Part shown: piece after piece, positions 44,965 to 54,063 of the stretch
Position numbering within the stretch: position 1 is the first letter of the stretch
How the letters are laid out: each line of letters starts with the position of its first letter
Source of the DNA: Dehalococcoidia bacterium
GTDB taxonomy: Bacteria > Chloroflexota > Dehalococcoidia > UBA2979
Direction of reading: 5' to 3'
NCBI GenBank assembly: GCA_965262725.1
Contig: OZ253555.1
Coordinates: forward strand, 2,951,838 to 3,015,837
Length of the DNA stretch: 64,000 nt
Made by a program: the position numbers and the translations under genes
The notes under the pieces: model-generated
What the model was told of the DNA's origin: nothing
Databases searched by the model: none
What the model saw: the letters and a program-made list of their open reading frames with translations, nothing else

Positions 44965-47430
44965 CTAGCTCGGGGCGGTCGGGCCCGAGAGCGAGGGGAT
45001 GAAGAGCGCGAGGTCGGCGGGCCTGTCCTTGACGACGCCCCGCTCGCGGAGCGAGACGATCTCCTCTTCGGTGAGGCCGTTCTCTGCGAACACCTCGTCG
45101 GAGTGCTGACCCAGGAGCGGGGCGGGGCCGTGCTCCCGGTCGGGAAGCCGCGAGAGCCGCCACGGAAGCCCCTCCCAGCGCTCGACCCCCGTCTCCGGGT
45201 GGACGAGCTCCACCCAGTAGCCCCGCTCGTAGAGGTGCGGGTCGGAGACGATCTCCCAGTTCGCGAGCACGGGCGCCGCGGGGACGCCCGCCTCCTGCAG
45301 GAGCTCCGCGGCGCGCACGTGGTCGACGTGCTCGCTCCACTCCGTGATCGCCCGGTCGATCGCGTCGTGCGCGTCCCGGCGTGCGGCGAGATCGGGGCAG
45401 CGCGCGGCGAGCTCCGGGCGCCCGATCACCCGGGCGAGCGCGATCCACTGCTCGTCCTCCTCCACCCCGATCGCGACCCAGCAGTCGTCGCCCGCCGTGC
45501 GGTAAGCACCCTGCGGCGCGATGCGCGGGGAGCGGTTGCCGCGAGGCTCGGCGACGCGCCCGGAGAGCCGGTAGTCCAGCAGCGACTCGACGAGGAAGGA
45601 GGCGCCGCACTCGAGCAGCGAGACGTCGACGTGCTGGCCGCGGCCGCTCCGCTCGCGCTGGGAGAGCGCCGCGAGTGTGGCGAGGGCGCCGAGCGTCCCG
45701 CCGATGGGGTCGGCGTGAAAGGACCCCGTCGCGTAGCGCTCGCCCGGGCCGTACCCGGTCTGGGCGACCAGCCCGCACGATCCCTCGATGTTGGAGCCGA
45801 GCGCCGTGTAGTTCGCCTCGGGGCCGCTCGCCCCGAAGGCTGAGATCGAGCAGAGCACGATGCGCGGGTTGCGCTCGGCGAGCTGCTCGTAGCCGATCCC
45901 GAGCGAGGACATGACGCGCGGGCTGTTGTTCTCGAGCACGACGTCGGCCCTCTCGGCGAGGCGCAGGAAGGCACCCCGCCCCTCCGGAGCCTTGAGGTCG
46001 AGCACGATCGCGCGCTTGTTGCGGTTGAGCATGTTGTAGGAGGAGCCCCGGTTGTAGAAGCCCGGCCACATCTGGTCGCCGCCCGGGAAATGCTGCGAGC
46101 GCGTCGACTGCACGATCGCGCGCTCGATGACCACGACGTCGGCGCCGAGGTCGGCGAGGTGGCGGCCGGCGAGCGGCCCGGCCCAGGCGTTGGTCACCTC
46201 GATCACGCGGAGACCCCTGAGGGGGAGGGCCGGCTCATCCGCCGCCGGCCCGGTCTCGACCGGGCGGCGCTCGGGCAACGCCAGCTGCGCGTGCTCGCCG
46301 AGGAGCGGCGCCGGCCGACTCGGACCGGAGGGGGCACCCGAGAGGCGCCACGGCGGGCCCGGCACCTCGACCGCGCCGGCTCGCGGGTGGTCGAGGGAGC
46401 GCCACCAGCCGCGCGCGCGGAGCTGCGGGGACTCGTCGAGATCGGAGACGGTGTTGACCGGCGTCATCTTCAGGCCGAGGGCCTGCCCGACGTGGTAGAG
46501 CTCCTGCATCGGGTGGTCGGCCGCCCACTCGATGAGCATGCCGCGAACCTCGGGGAGCCACGCCAGCCATCCCTCCTGACTCTGGGCCCGCGGATCCTCC
46601 ATCAGTTCGGGCCGGCCGATCATCAGGAAGACCTCGGGACCGGCGCGCCCCCAGATCACGGCGCCGTCCTGGCAGGGGATGAGGCCTGTGCCGCGGCGGC
46701 GCCACACCGCTCCCCCCCACTGCCAGGAGGAGCCGAGCCAGACCTGGTCGGAGATCATCGCCTCCTGCGCGGAAACCTCGACGCGCTGGCCGCGGCCGCT
46801 CGACTGAGCCTCGCGGAGCGCGGCGAGCGCGCCCAGGGCGAGGTGCATCCCGGCGTGCAGGTCCGCCTGGTAGCTGTGCACCATCAACGGCGCCCGCTCC
46901 GGATCGCCGCAGAAGTACATCGAGCCGCCCAGCGCGTAGTCGGCGATCTCGGAGGAGCGCCGCACGGCGTGCGGGCCCTCCCACCCGTACGCGGTCGCCG
47001 CGGCGTAGACGAGCGCGGGGTGCCGCGCCTCGAGCGCCTCGAGATCGACGCCACGCCGCGCGAGGTCGCCGGGAGAGTGCGGACCGATCAGGAGGTCGGC
47101 GCCGCGCGTCAGGGCGGCGAGCCGCTCGCGGCCCGGCTCGGAGTCGAGGTCGAGCGCGACGCTCTCCTTGCCGGCGTTGAGCGCGAGATGTAGACCTCCC
47201 TGCTCGAGGAGCTCCGCGCCGAGGGAGGAGGGGTCGGGGTACGGATCTTCGCCGGCGAAGGGGCCTAGCTGGCGGATTCGGCTCCCCGACGGCGGTTCGG
47301 CGAGGACGACGCGCGCGCCGAGATCGGAGAGCAGCCGGCCGGCGTAGGCGCCGGCCACGCCGCCCGCGAGTTCGATCACGACGACGCCCTGAAGAGCACC
47401 CGCCGCGTGCTGCTCCGGCGCCTGCGCCAT
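44965..47430 (-). CDS. tandem fusion of two CoA-transferase family III (CaiB/BaiF) modules
   Basis: Duplicated pattern GVVVIELAGGVAGAYAGRLLSDLGARVV... and GLRVIEVTNAWAGPLAGRHLADLGADVVV...; 822 aa. Confidence 0.8.
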   Translation of the reverse strand: MAQAPEQHAAGALQGVVVIELAGGVAGAYAGRLLSDLGARVVLAEPPSGSRIRQLGPFAGEDPYPDPSSLGAELLEQGGLHLALNAGKESVALDLDSEPGRERLAALTRGADLLIGPHSPGDLARRGVDLEALEARHPALVYAAATAYGWEGPHAVRRSSEIADYALGGSMYFCGDPERAPLMVHSYQADLHAGMHLALGALAALREAQSSGRGQRVEVSAQEAMISDQVWLGSSWQWGGAVWRRRGTGLIPCQDGAVIWGRAGPEVFLMIGRPELMEDPRAQSQEGWLAWLPEVRGMLIEWAADHPMQELYHVGQALGLKMTPVNTVSDLDESPQLRARGWWRSLDHPRAGAVEVPGPPWRLSGAPSGPSRPAPLLGEHAQLALPERRPVETGPAADEPALPLRGLRVIEVTNAWAGPLAGRHLADLGADVVVIERAIVQSTRSQHFPGGDQMWPGFYNRGSSYNMLNRNKRAIVLDLKAPEGRGAFLRLAERADVVLENNSPRVMSSLGIGYEQLAERNPRIVLCSISAFGASGPEANYTALGSNIEGSCGLVAQTGYGPGERYATGSFHADPIGGTLGALATLAALSQRERSGRGQHVDVSLLECGASFLVESLLDYRLSGRVAEPRGNRSPRIAPQGAYRTAGDDCWVAIGVEEDEQWIALARVIGRPELAARCPDLAARRDAHDAIDRAITEWSEHVDHVRAAELLQEAGVPAAPVLANWEIVSDPHLYERGYWVELVHPETGVERWEGLPWRLSRLPDREHGPAPLLGQHSDEVFAENGLTEEEIVSLRERGVVKDRPADLALFIPSLSGPTAPS

Positions 47431-47519
47431 GCGCACCCCCGTCAACCCGCTCCCCGCCCCGCGCGGCGCGGGCCGGGGCCGATTCTACCGACCATCGTCC
47501 AGCGCCGGACGACCCGCCC

Positions 47520-48330
47520 CTACCGGAAGCCCTCGGCCGCCTTGGCGGCTGGCTCGTGTGCGGCGCGCCGGCCGGCCTCGGGGTTGTGCGAGGGCTCGAG
47601 CGCGCGGGCGCGCGCGAGTGCGGACTCGGACGGCGAGCCGGGGACGATCTCGTAGCACTCGCCGACGGCGCGGAGCAGGGCATCGGCGACCGCCTCGACG
47701 CCGGTCCCGGGGCACTCCTCCGCAACCGCGCCCGTCGCTTCGGGGCTCCACGGCACGCCCAGCGCCTCGTAGACGGGGGCGAGCGCCTCGCGCACGCGCC
47801 GGGCGTCCTGGACGACGATCACCCCGCCCACGTGCGCGGCGTGGGCGAGTAGCCGCTGCCCGACCCCCATCAGCTTCCGTTCCCCGCGGGCGCTCACCGA
47901 ATAGGGGCCCGGGCAATACTCGCCGGGTACCTCGCCGACACGGGCGTCGACGCCGAGCGAGCGGAGCGCGGTCTCCACGAACGAGGAGAGCTCCTCGAAG
48001 CGGGCGCGGATGCCGAGCCGCGGCGTCCGCTCCGGCACGGCCCAGGCGAAGGCGAGCGTCCCCTCGTGGAAGACGGCGGCGCGTCCGCCGGCGAGCCGCT
48101 CGACCGCCGCGAAGCCGAGCCGGCGCGCTGCGCGCACGGCCTCGGGGTAGCCGCTCGCGGCGGTGTCGGCGGGGCCGAAGGCGACCTCGGGACGCGCACG
48201 GTAGAGGCGGAGCGTCTCCGGCTCCTCGCCCGCCGAGGCACGCTCCAGGAGAGCGCGGGAGAGCGCCGTGTCGAGGGCCGGCGCCGCCGTGCTCGCGTAG
48301 CTCCGCCTCAGCACGCGGATCGTCCGCAGC
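47520..48330 (-). CDS. lipoate-protein ligase / octanoyltransferase (BPL_LplA_LipB) family protein; start unresolved (TTG/CTG candidates)
   Basis: LRTIRVLRRSYASTAAPALDTALSRALLE...GEYCPGPYSVSARGERKLMGVGQRLL; the catalytic Lys region is conserved. Confidence 0.65.
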
Positions 48331-48429
48331 GCGCTCCCCCTGCCCGGCTTACCGTCGCGCGACGGTCCCAACCAGCGTAGCGTACGCGCTCGCCGGCCAC
48401 TCGTCGGGGGCGGCGGGCGGGGAGGGCTG

Positions 48430-49497
48430 GTGGCGCTGACGCTGGGCGTGGTGGACCAGTCGCCGATACGCCAGGGCGGCACGGCGCGCGAGGCGCTCGA
48501 CGAGACCATCGAGCTCGCCCGCGCCTGCGATCGCCTCGGCTACCGCCGCTACTGGCTCGCCGAGCACCACGGCGCCGGCGGGCTCGCCAGCGCGAGCCCC
48601 GAGGTTCTGATCCCGCTCGTCGCGCGAGAAACGCGGCGGATGCGAGTGGGCTCGGGCGGCGTGATGCTGACACACTACTCGGCGCTCAAGGTCGCCGAGC
48701 AGTTCCGGCTGCTGACCGAGCTCTTCCCCGCACGCATCGATCTCGGCGTGGGACGGGCGCCGGGGAGCGACCTGCGCACGGCGCACGCGCTCTCGCCGCT
48801 CGGCCGCCACGCCTCGGTCGATCGCTACCCGGAGCAGGTCGCGGAGCTCGTCTCGCTGCTCGGGGGGGACTATCCGCCGGGCCACCCGCTCCGGGGCGTT
48901 GGCGTCACGCCTCAGCCGGCGCGCGACGCGGACGGCACGCTCGCACCCGACGCGATGCCGGAGGTCTGGCTCCTCGGCTCCTCGACCGACAGCGCCGCCA
49001 TCGCCGCCGAGCAGGGGCTCGCCTTCTCCTACGCCCAGTTCATCAACCCGGTCGCCGAGCTCGGTGAGCGCGCGGCGCGCCTCTACCGCGAGCGCTTCCG
49101 CCCCTCGCTGCTGCTCGACGAGCCCCGGCTCTCGGTCGCGGTCACGGCGCTCTGCGCCGAGAGCGAGGAGCGCGCGCAGCTCCTCTCCTGGAGCCGCTTC
49201 TGCTGGCGCTTCCGCCGCTCGCGGGGCGCGGGACGCGGGGGCGTCCCCCCGGTCGAGGAGGCGCTCGCCTTCGGCTACACCCCTGCCGAGCTCGAGTACA
49301 TCGAGTACGCGCGCTCGCGATCGGCCGTCGGCGATCCCGATCAGGTGCGCGAGCAGCTCGAGGCCTTCTCGCGCGAGTACGGCACCGACGAGATGCTCCT
49401 GGTCACCATCACGCACGACTTCTCCGATCGCGTCCGCTCCTACGAGCTGGTGGCGGAGGCCTGCGGCCTCGCGCCCGCATCCACGGAGCGCGGGTAG
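48430..49497 (+). CDS. LLM-class (luciferase-like) flavin-dependent oxidoreductase
   Basis: TIM-barrel LLM motifs; 355 aa. Confidence 0.8.
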   Translation: MALTLGVVDQSPIRQGGTAREALDETIELARACDRLGYRRYWLAEHHGAGGLASASPEVLIPLVARETRRMRVGSGGVMLTHYSALKVAEQFRLLTELFPARIDLGVGRAPGSDLRTAHALSPLGRHASVDRYPEQVAELVSLLGGDYPPGHPLRGVGVTPQPARDADGTLAPDAMPEVWLLGSSTDSAAIAAEQGLAFSYAQFINPVAELGERAARLYRERFRPSLLLDEPRLSVAVTALCAESEERAQLLSWSRFCWRFRRSRGAGRGGVPPVEEALAFGYTPAELEYIEYARSRSAVGDPDQVREQLEAFSREYGTDEMLLVTITHDFSDRVRSYELVAEACGLAPASTERG

Positions 49498-49561
49498 CGC
49501 CCGACCCTTGCGGCGGGGCGGGCGGTGAGCAATCCTCCCGGGGCGCCGCGAGGGGGCCACG

Positions 49562-50797
49562 ATGGATTTCGCCGACACGCCGGAGCAGTCCGCGTTCCGC
49601 GCCGAGGTGCGCGCGCTCATCGAGCGCAAGCTACCTCCCCGCTACCGCGAGCTCGCGGAGAACGGGCGGCCCGAGACGGCCTTTCTCTGGGAGGAGGACC
49701 GCGCGTCGAGCGATCAGGCGAAGCGCGAGGCGTCGGCGAGCTGGGCGGAGTCGGTGCGCTCGCGGGGTTGGTTCGCGCCCGCGTGGCCGGCCGAGTACGG
49801 CGGCGGCGGCCTCGGCATGATCGAGCAGTTCATCCTGAAGCAGGAGATGGCGGTGGCCGACGCGCCCGCCCCGGGCTCGAACGTCGGCATCGACATGCTG
49901 GGGCCCGTGTTGATCATTCACGGCACCGAGGAGCTCCGGCGCACCCACCTCCCGCGCATCCTCGACGCCTCCGTCGTCTGGGCTCAGGGCTACTCGGAGC
50001 CGGGCGCCGGCTCCGACCTCGCCTCCCTGCGCACGCGCGCCGTGCGCGACGGCGACGACTACGTCATCAACGGGCAGAAGATCTGGACCACCCACGCCCA
50101 TCAGGCGGACTGGATCTTCGTGCTCACCCGCACCGATCCCGACCAGCCGAAGCACCGGGGCATCTCCTTCCTCTTGATGGACATCCGGACGGCCGGCATC
50201 ACGGTGCGCCCACTCGTCAACATGGGCTGGCAGCACGAGTTCAACGAGACTTTCTTCGAGGACGTGCGCGTGCCGGCCGAGCAGCGAGTGGGCGAGGAGC
50301 ACCGCGGCTGGTACGTGGCGATGACGCTCCTCGACCACGAGCGCTCCAACGTGACGGGCGCGGTGGCAGCTCAGCGGCAGATCGGCCGCCTCGTCGAGTT
50401 CACAACCGGCGCCGGCCAGGAGTGTTCGCGCCTCGGCCGCGGCGGCGAGGGCAGGGCGCTACGCCAGCAGCTCGCGCAGCTCACGATCGAGTCGGAGGTG
50501 CTCCTCACCTTCTCGCTGCGCATCATCTCGATGCAGGCACGCGGCCAGGTGCCGAACTATGAGGCCTCGGTCTCGAAGATCTTCGCGGAGGCGCTGGACA
50601 AGGCCGTCGCGCGCACCGGGACGAAGCTCTTCGGGCTCTACGCCCATCTCTGGGACCCGGACGAGCCCCGCACGCCGATGATGGCGCGCCACACGCAGAA
50701 CTACTGCTTCACGGTCGCGCGCTCCATCGGCGGCGGGACCTCGGAGATCCAGCGCAACGTGATCGCGACGCGCGGCCTCGGCCTCCCCCGCGGGTAG
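49562..50797 (+). CDS. acyl-CoA dehydrogenase family protein
   Basis: ACAD N/M/C domains: WAQGYSEPGAGSD, QKIWTT; 411 aa. Confidence 0.85.
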   Translation: MDFADTPEQSAFRAEVRALIERKLPPRYRELAENGRPETAFLWEEDRASSDQAKREASASWAESVRSRGWFAPAWPAEYGGGGLGMIEQFILKQEMAVADAPAPGSNVGIDMLGPVLIIHGTEELRRTHLPRILDASVVWAQGYSEPGAGSDLASLRTRAVRDGDDYVINGQKIWTTHAHQADWIFVLTRTDPDQPKHRGISFLLMDIRTAGITVRPLVNMGWQHEFNETFFEDVRVPAEQRVGEEHRGWYVAMTLLDHERSNVTGAVAAQRQIGRLVEFTTGAGQECSRLGRGGEGRALRQQLAQLTIESEVLLTFSLRIISMQARGQVPNYEASVSKIFAEALDKAVARTGTKLFGLYAHLWDPDEPRTPMMARHTQNYCFTVARSIGGGTSEIQRNVIATRGLGLPRG

Positions 50798-50820
50798 CCG
50801 CCGCGCCCGCCGGAGCCGGT

Positions 50821-50910
50821 GTGACGGGAGCAGGCAGGGTGACGGGAGCAGGCAGGGTGGCGGGAGCAGGCAGGGTGGCGGGAGCAGGCAGGGTGGCGGG
50901 AGCAGGCAGG
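50821..50910 (+). repeat. 18-bp tandem repeat x5 (GTGRCGGGAGCAGGCAGG) at the annotated 5' end of the phosphatase gene
   Basis: Read directly: two GTGACG units then three GTGGCG units. In frame it encodes (TGAGRV)x5. Confidence 0.9.
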
Positions 50911-51579
50911 GTGGCGAGGCGGATCTACCTGGTTCGCCACGGGGCGACGGAGTGGACGGCCGCGGGGCGTTTGCAGGGCCAGACCGACGTGCCGCTCTCC
51001 GAGGAGGGCCGCCGCCAGGCCCGGGAGGCCGCGCGGCACCTCTCGAGCATCGCATTCGACGCCGCCTACACCAGCGATCTTTCGCGCGCGCTCACGACGG
51101 CCGAGACGATTCTCCGGGCGCAGCCCGGGGCCGCCCCGCTCACCACCCTCGAGGGCCTGCGCGAGATCTCGGACGGGATCTACGAGGGGTGGTCGGCCCA
51201 GGCCGCGGCGGAGGCGGAGCCGCGCATGACGCCAACGCCCGACGGATCGGCGTCGGCGCTCGACTTCGCGGCGCCCGGAGGGGAGAGCATCCGAGATGTC
51301 TTCGTGCGCCAGCAGCAGGTGGCAGCGCAGCTGATCGCCGAGGACACCGGGCTCCGCATTCTCGTCGTCGCCCACAACTGGGCGCTCAGGCTGCTGGCGG
51401 CGGCCCTCACGGGTCGGGGTCCCGAGTGGTTCGGAGAGCTCGAATCACTCCGTCCGGCGAGCGTCTCGATCGTGGAGATCCGCGGCGGGGCGGGCTCGAT
51501 CACGCTCTGGAACGAGACGGGGCCGCTCCCACCTGCGCACGTCCACGGCAGTGGCGCTTCTGCCGGCACCGAGGTTTGA
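50821..51579 (+). CDS. histidine phosphatase (phosphoglycerate mutase-like) family protein; start either 50821 (includes repeat) or the GTG at 50911
   Basis: RHG motif (RIYLVRHGATEW) and catalytic His region. Confidence 0.8.
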   Translation: MTGAGRVTGAGRVAGAGRVAGAGRVAGAGRVARRIYLVRHGATEWTAAGRLQGQTDVPLSEEGRRQAREAARHLSSIAFDAAYTSDLSRALTTAETILRAQPGAAPLTTLEGLREISDGIYEGWSAQAAAEAEPRMTPTPDGSASALDFAAPGGESIRDVFVRQQQVAAQLIAEDTGLRILVVAHNWALRLLAAALTGRGPEWFGELESLRPASVSIVEIRGGAGSITLWNETGPLPPAHVHGSGASAGTEV

Positions 51580-51581
51580 TT

Positions 51582-52478
51582 ATGCCACGCACCCGGGGGG
51601 GGTCCGATCCTGTGAGGCTCCTGCGCGTACCGGCCGTGCTCCTCGGGCCGCCGGCCATCGTGGTTGGGGTCGCGGTCGCATTCCACCCGGATGTCCTAGG
51701 CACGGCCACCGCCGCGCCGGCCTACGTCGTGTTTCTCTACTGGATCTTCATCGTGTCGTGGACCGTGATGGCCGCGCGGAGGTCCTCGCGTGGCCCGCTG
51801 CGGCTGCGCACCAGGCTCATGCTGGGGACCGCGGGCCTCGCGGCGATGTACATCCTTTTCGGGTTCGGCGGTCTCGGACTCGGCTCCGGTCTGCTGGTCG
51901 TGGCCGCCCTGCCGCGCGCGGACTGGATAGCGCCGCGTTGCCGCGTCGCGTCCGCGGCGGCGTGGATGGCCCTCGCGATGGCCTGCTGCGTCGGGCTCTG
52001 GCTGGGACTCGGCCCCGCCTACCACAGCGTGTCGGCGACGGCCTCGGTGTCGCCCGCGGGCGGCGTGCCCGTCGCGCCCGTCGCGCCCGCCGTGTCGGAC
52101 TCCGGGGGCGACCCGGCCACCTCCACTCTCACTCTCGTCGACGTGAACGGCCTGGGGGTTATCTGGCTACTGGTCGTGCCCGTCCTGCTCGCGGTTCTGG
52201 CCGTTCTGACCGTTCACGCGACCACGCCCGGTGGATTGCTGCGCACGATGCTCCTGTGGGTGTTCGCCGTCTCGCTTTCGGTCTTGTCTCTCCTGACGAG
52301 CCTGTCGATCGGCATGCTCTACCTGCCCGCGTCGCTCGCGCTGCTGGGTGCCGCCGCCAACGCTTCCGCGGGGCGCCGCCCCGTCCGCGCCACCGCCGAC
52401 GGCGTACCGCCCTCCGGTCGACGCGGAAAAGCCTCACGCGCCGGGGGCGTGACGTCCCGCGGCAGGACGCGGAGCTAG
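51582..52478 (+). CDS. hypothetical polytopic membrane protein
   Basis: Internal ATG of ORF 50952..52478; 7-8 hydrophobic helices. Confidence 0.55.
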   Translation: MPRTRGGSDPVRLLRVPAVLLGPPAIVVGVAVAFHPDVLGTATAAPAYVVFLYWIFIVSWTVMAARRSSRGPLRLRTRLMLGTAGLAAMYILFGFGGLGLGSGLLVVAALPRADWIAPRCRVASAAAWMALAMACCVGLWLGLGPAYHSVSATASVSPAGGVPVAPVAPAVSDSGGDPATSTLTLVDVNGLGVIWLLVVPVLLAVLAVLTVHATTPGGLLRTMLLWVFAVSLSVLSLLTSLSIGMLYLPASLALLGAAANASAGRRPVRATADGVPPSGRRGKASRAGGVTSRGRTRS

Positions 52479-52666
52479 GCCCGCGCGGAACCCTCACCCG
52501 GGCGCGCGCGGCGCGACTTCGATGCGCGGAGCGTCGGACGCGCCTCCGGCGCGAAGTGGCGGCTCGCGCCGCAGTTCGTGCAGGTGGCGGCCGTGCCGTC
52601 CGGTCCCGGCGCGGCGAGCATCCAGTGGTGGACGCAGTCGCCCCCATCCGCGGTCGATGGCGACAT
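52475..52666 (-). CDS. small Cys/His-rich (zinc-ribbon-like) protein, 63 aa
   Basis: MSPSTADGGDCVHHWMLAAPGPDGTAATCTNCGASRHF; strong GC3 bias. Confidence 0.4.
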   Translation of the reverse strand: MSPSTADGGDCVHHWMLAAPGPDGTAATCTNCGASRHFAPEARPTLRASKSRRARPGEGSARA

Positions 52667-52731
52667 TCGGCACTCCCCCCGCCCAACGTGCGCATGACAG
52701 GATACCCCGACGGCCCGCGCCCCGCTCGCGA

Positions 52732-53034
52732 TCACCCTGCTCCGCGCGCCTCCTCGCCCGGCGGAGCGGCGTCCGGGGCGAACGGAATCTTCTGGAGGAT
52801 CACCTGCCGGTCCTGCACGCGCAGCAACCGATCGCCGGCGACGTCGTCCACGACCCGGACCAGGTCGTCCGCCTCGCGGATCGCGACATCGAGCGTGCGC
52901 AGCCGCCGGGGGGAGTGCTCGGGCCGCGCGCGCTCCTCCTCGCGCAGCTGCTCGAGCCGGGCGCGGTAGCCCTCCGCCAGCAGGAGCAGACGGTCCCACG
53001 CCGCGCGGATCTCGGCGACCTCGTCAAAGAGCAG
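52732..53034 (-). CDS. coding-like ORF with no ATG/GTG/TTG start (candidate CTG start 6 nt after AGGAGG), directly after the GrdB-like stop
   Basis: LLFDEVAEIRAAWDRLLLLAEGYRARLEQLREEERARPEH... with strong GC3 bias. The frame is open from 53109 but has no canonical start before codon 57. Confidence 0.3.
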   Translation of the reverse strand: MLFDEVAEIRAAWDRLLLLAEGYRARLEQLREEERARPEHSPRRLRTLDVAIREADDLVRVVDDVAGDRLLRVQDRQVILQKIPFAPDAAPPGEEARGAG

Positions 53035-53998
53035 CGGGCGCCTCCTTGCTCCCGTCGCCCGGCAGGCGGACGGAGGGCCGGGCCTCCCTGCGCCAGCGGT
53101 GCGGCAGCGTCACGATGCTCTCGGGCTCCGCGATCACCCAGGGCAGCCTTAGCAGGTCGCCGAGGATGACCCGCTGCTGTTCGGCCCGCCCCGCCTCGCC
53201 GAGCGGGTTCCCCTGCGGGAGACGCATCCGGGCCGCCCTCGGCGCGCGGATGTAGTGGGTGATCTCGGGCTTCATCGTTGCCGAGATGGTCGTGATCCCC
53301 GCTTCCTCGATGACGTTTTGGATCAGTCCTACGGACCGATGGCAGAGCCATCACCCCGGGGTGAGCAGCACGAGGTCGACCTCGTCGGCGGCGAGCATCG
53401 CGGCGACCCGGGGCGCCGTTTCCGCAAGGAGATCCCCGGGGTCGGAGATGCAGCCCATCAACCCGACGTGGCGGGGCGCCACCTCGCCGACCTCGCCCGA
53501 GACGGCGAGATCATGCAGCCGGTCCAGCGGGAGCATGCAGTTCACGTCCCGGTCGGCGTCGGCGTGGTTGTAGTGGTCGTGGTCGATCGCGAAGTCACCG
53601 GCGCTCGCCGCCGCCGGAATCTCGTTCCACGCGGCGTCGGCGCGCTCGCAGTCAACCTCGTAGGTGGGCTGCGAGCGTAGCCGGATGCCGCCGGTCGAGA
53701 GGAGCGCCACCCGCGAGGCGGCGAGCGGATTCCGGGGCGGTGACCAGTGCACCGTCTCGTTGCGGACGAAGCGGAAGCGGGGATGGACGGAGGCCGCCAT
53801 CACGACCCAGCGCGCGAACTTCTCCTCCCGATCGTCGGCGAACTCCTCGGGCGGGAGCCCGAAGGCCTCCTCCGAAGCGGCCTCGAGAGCGATCCAGCGC
53901 GCGATCTTCTCCTGAAGCTGGGCCCACGGAAGGGGCGGCTGGTCGGACACGGGCAACCTCCCCGGCGACTCTACCCCAGCGTCCTGCACGCCGCTCAC
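53024..53998 (-). CDS. GrdB-family (glycine/sarcosine/betaine reductase selenoprotein B-like) candidate selenoprotein with in-frame UGA at 53353..53351
   Basis: Track ORFs 53351..53998 and 53024..53275 share one frame and are separated only by TGA. The junction ...ADEVDLVLLTPG-U-WLCHRSVGLIQNVIEEAGITTISATM resembles the GrdB Sec region (…VILTSTUGTCTRCG…IERAG…). Upstream IDHDHYNHADADRDVNCMLPLDRL matches GrdB HGGYDPVYANEDADRVLPVDVL. A U-x-x-C motif is present. Confidence 0.7.
53322..53340 (-). ncRNA. SECIS-like hairpin AUCGGUCC-GUA-GGACUGAU, starting 11 nt 3' of the UGA
   Basis: 8-bp stem with one G-U pair and a G/U-containing apical loop. Spacing fits the bacterial SECIS model. A second perfect hairpin GAUGGC-UCU-GCCAUC overlaps the UGA. 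Confidence 0.5.
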
Positions 53999-54063
53999 CG
54001 GCCCGGGCGGCCGGCCTCGCGCGGGGGGTTGAGGCGTGGCAGACTCGCGCGGGGTCGAAGGGA

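Noticed and set aside
50459-51055. Minus-strand ORF encoding (PCLLPP)n
   Set aside because: It is the reverse complement of the 18-bp tandem repeat, so a repeat translation artefact.
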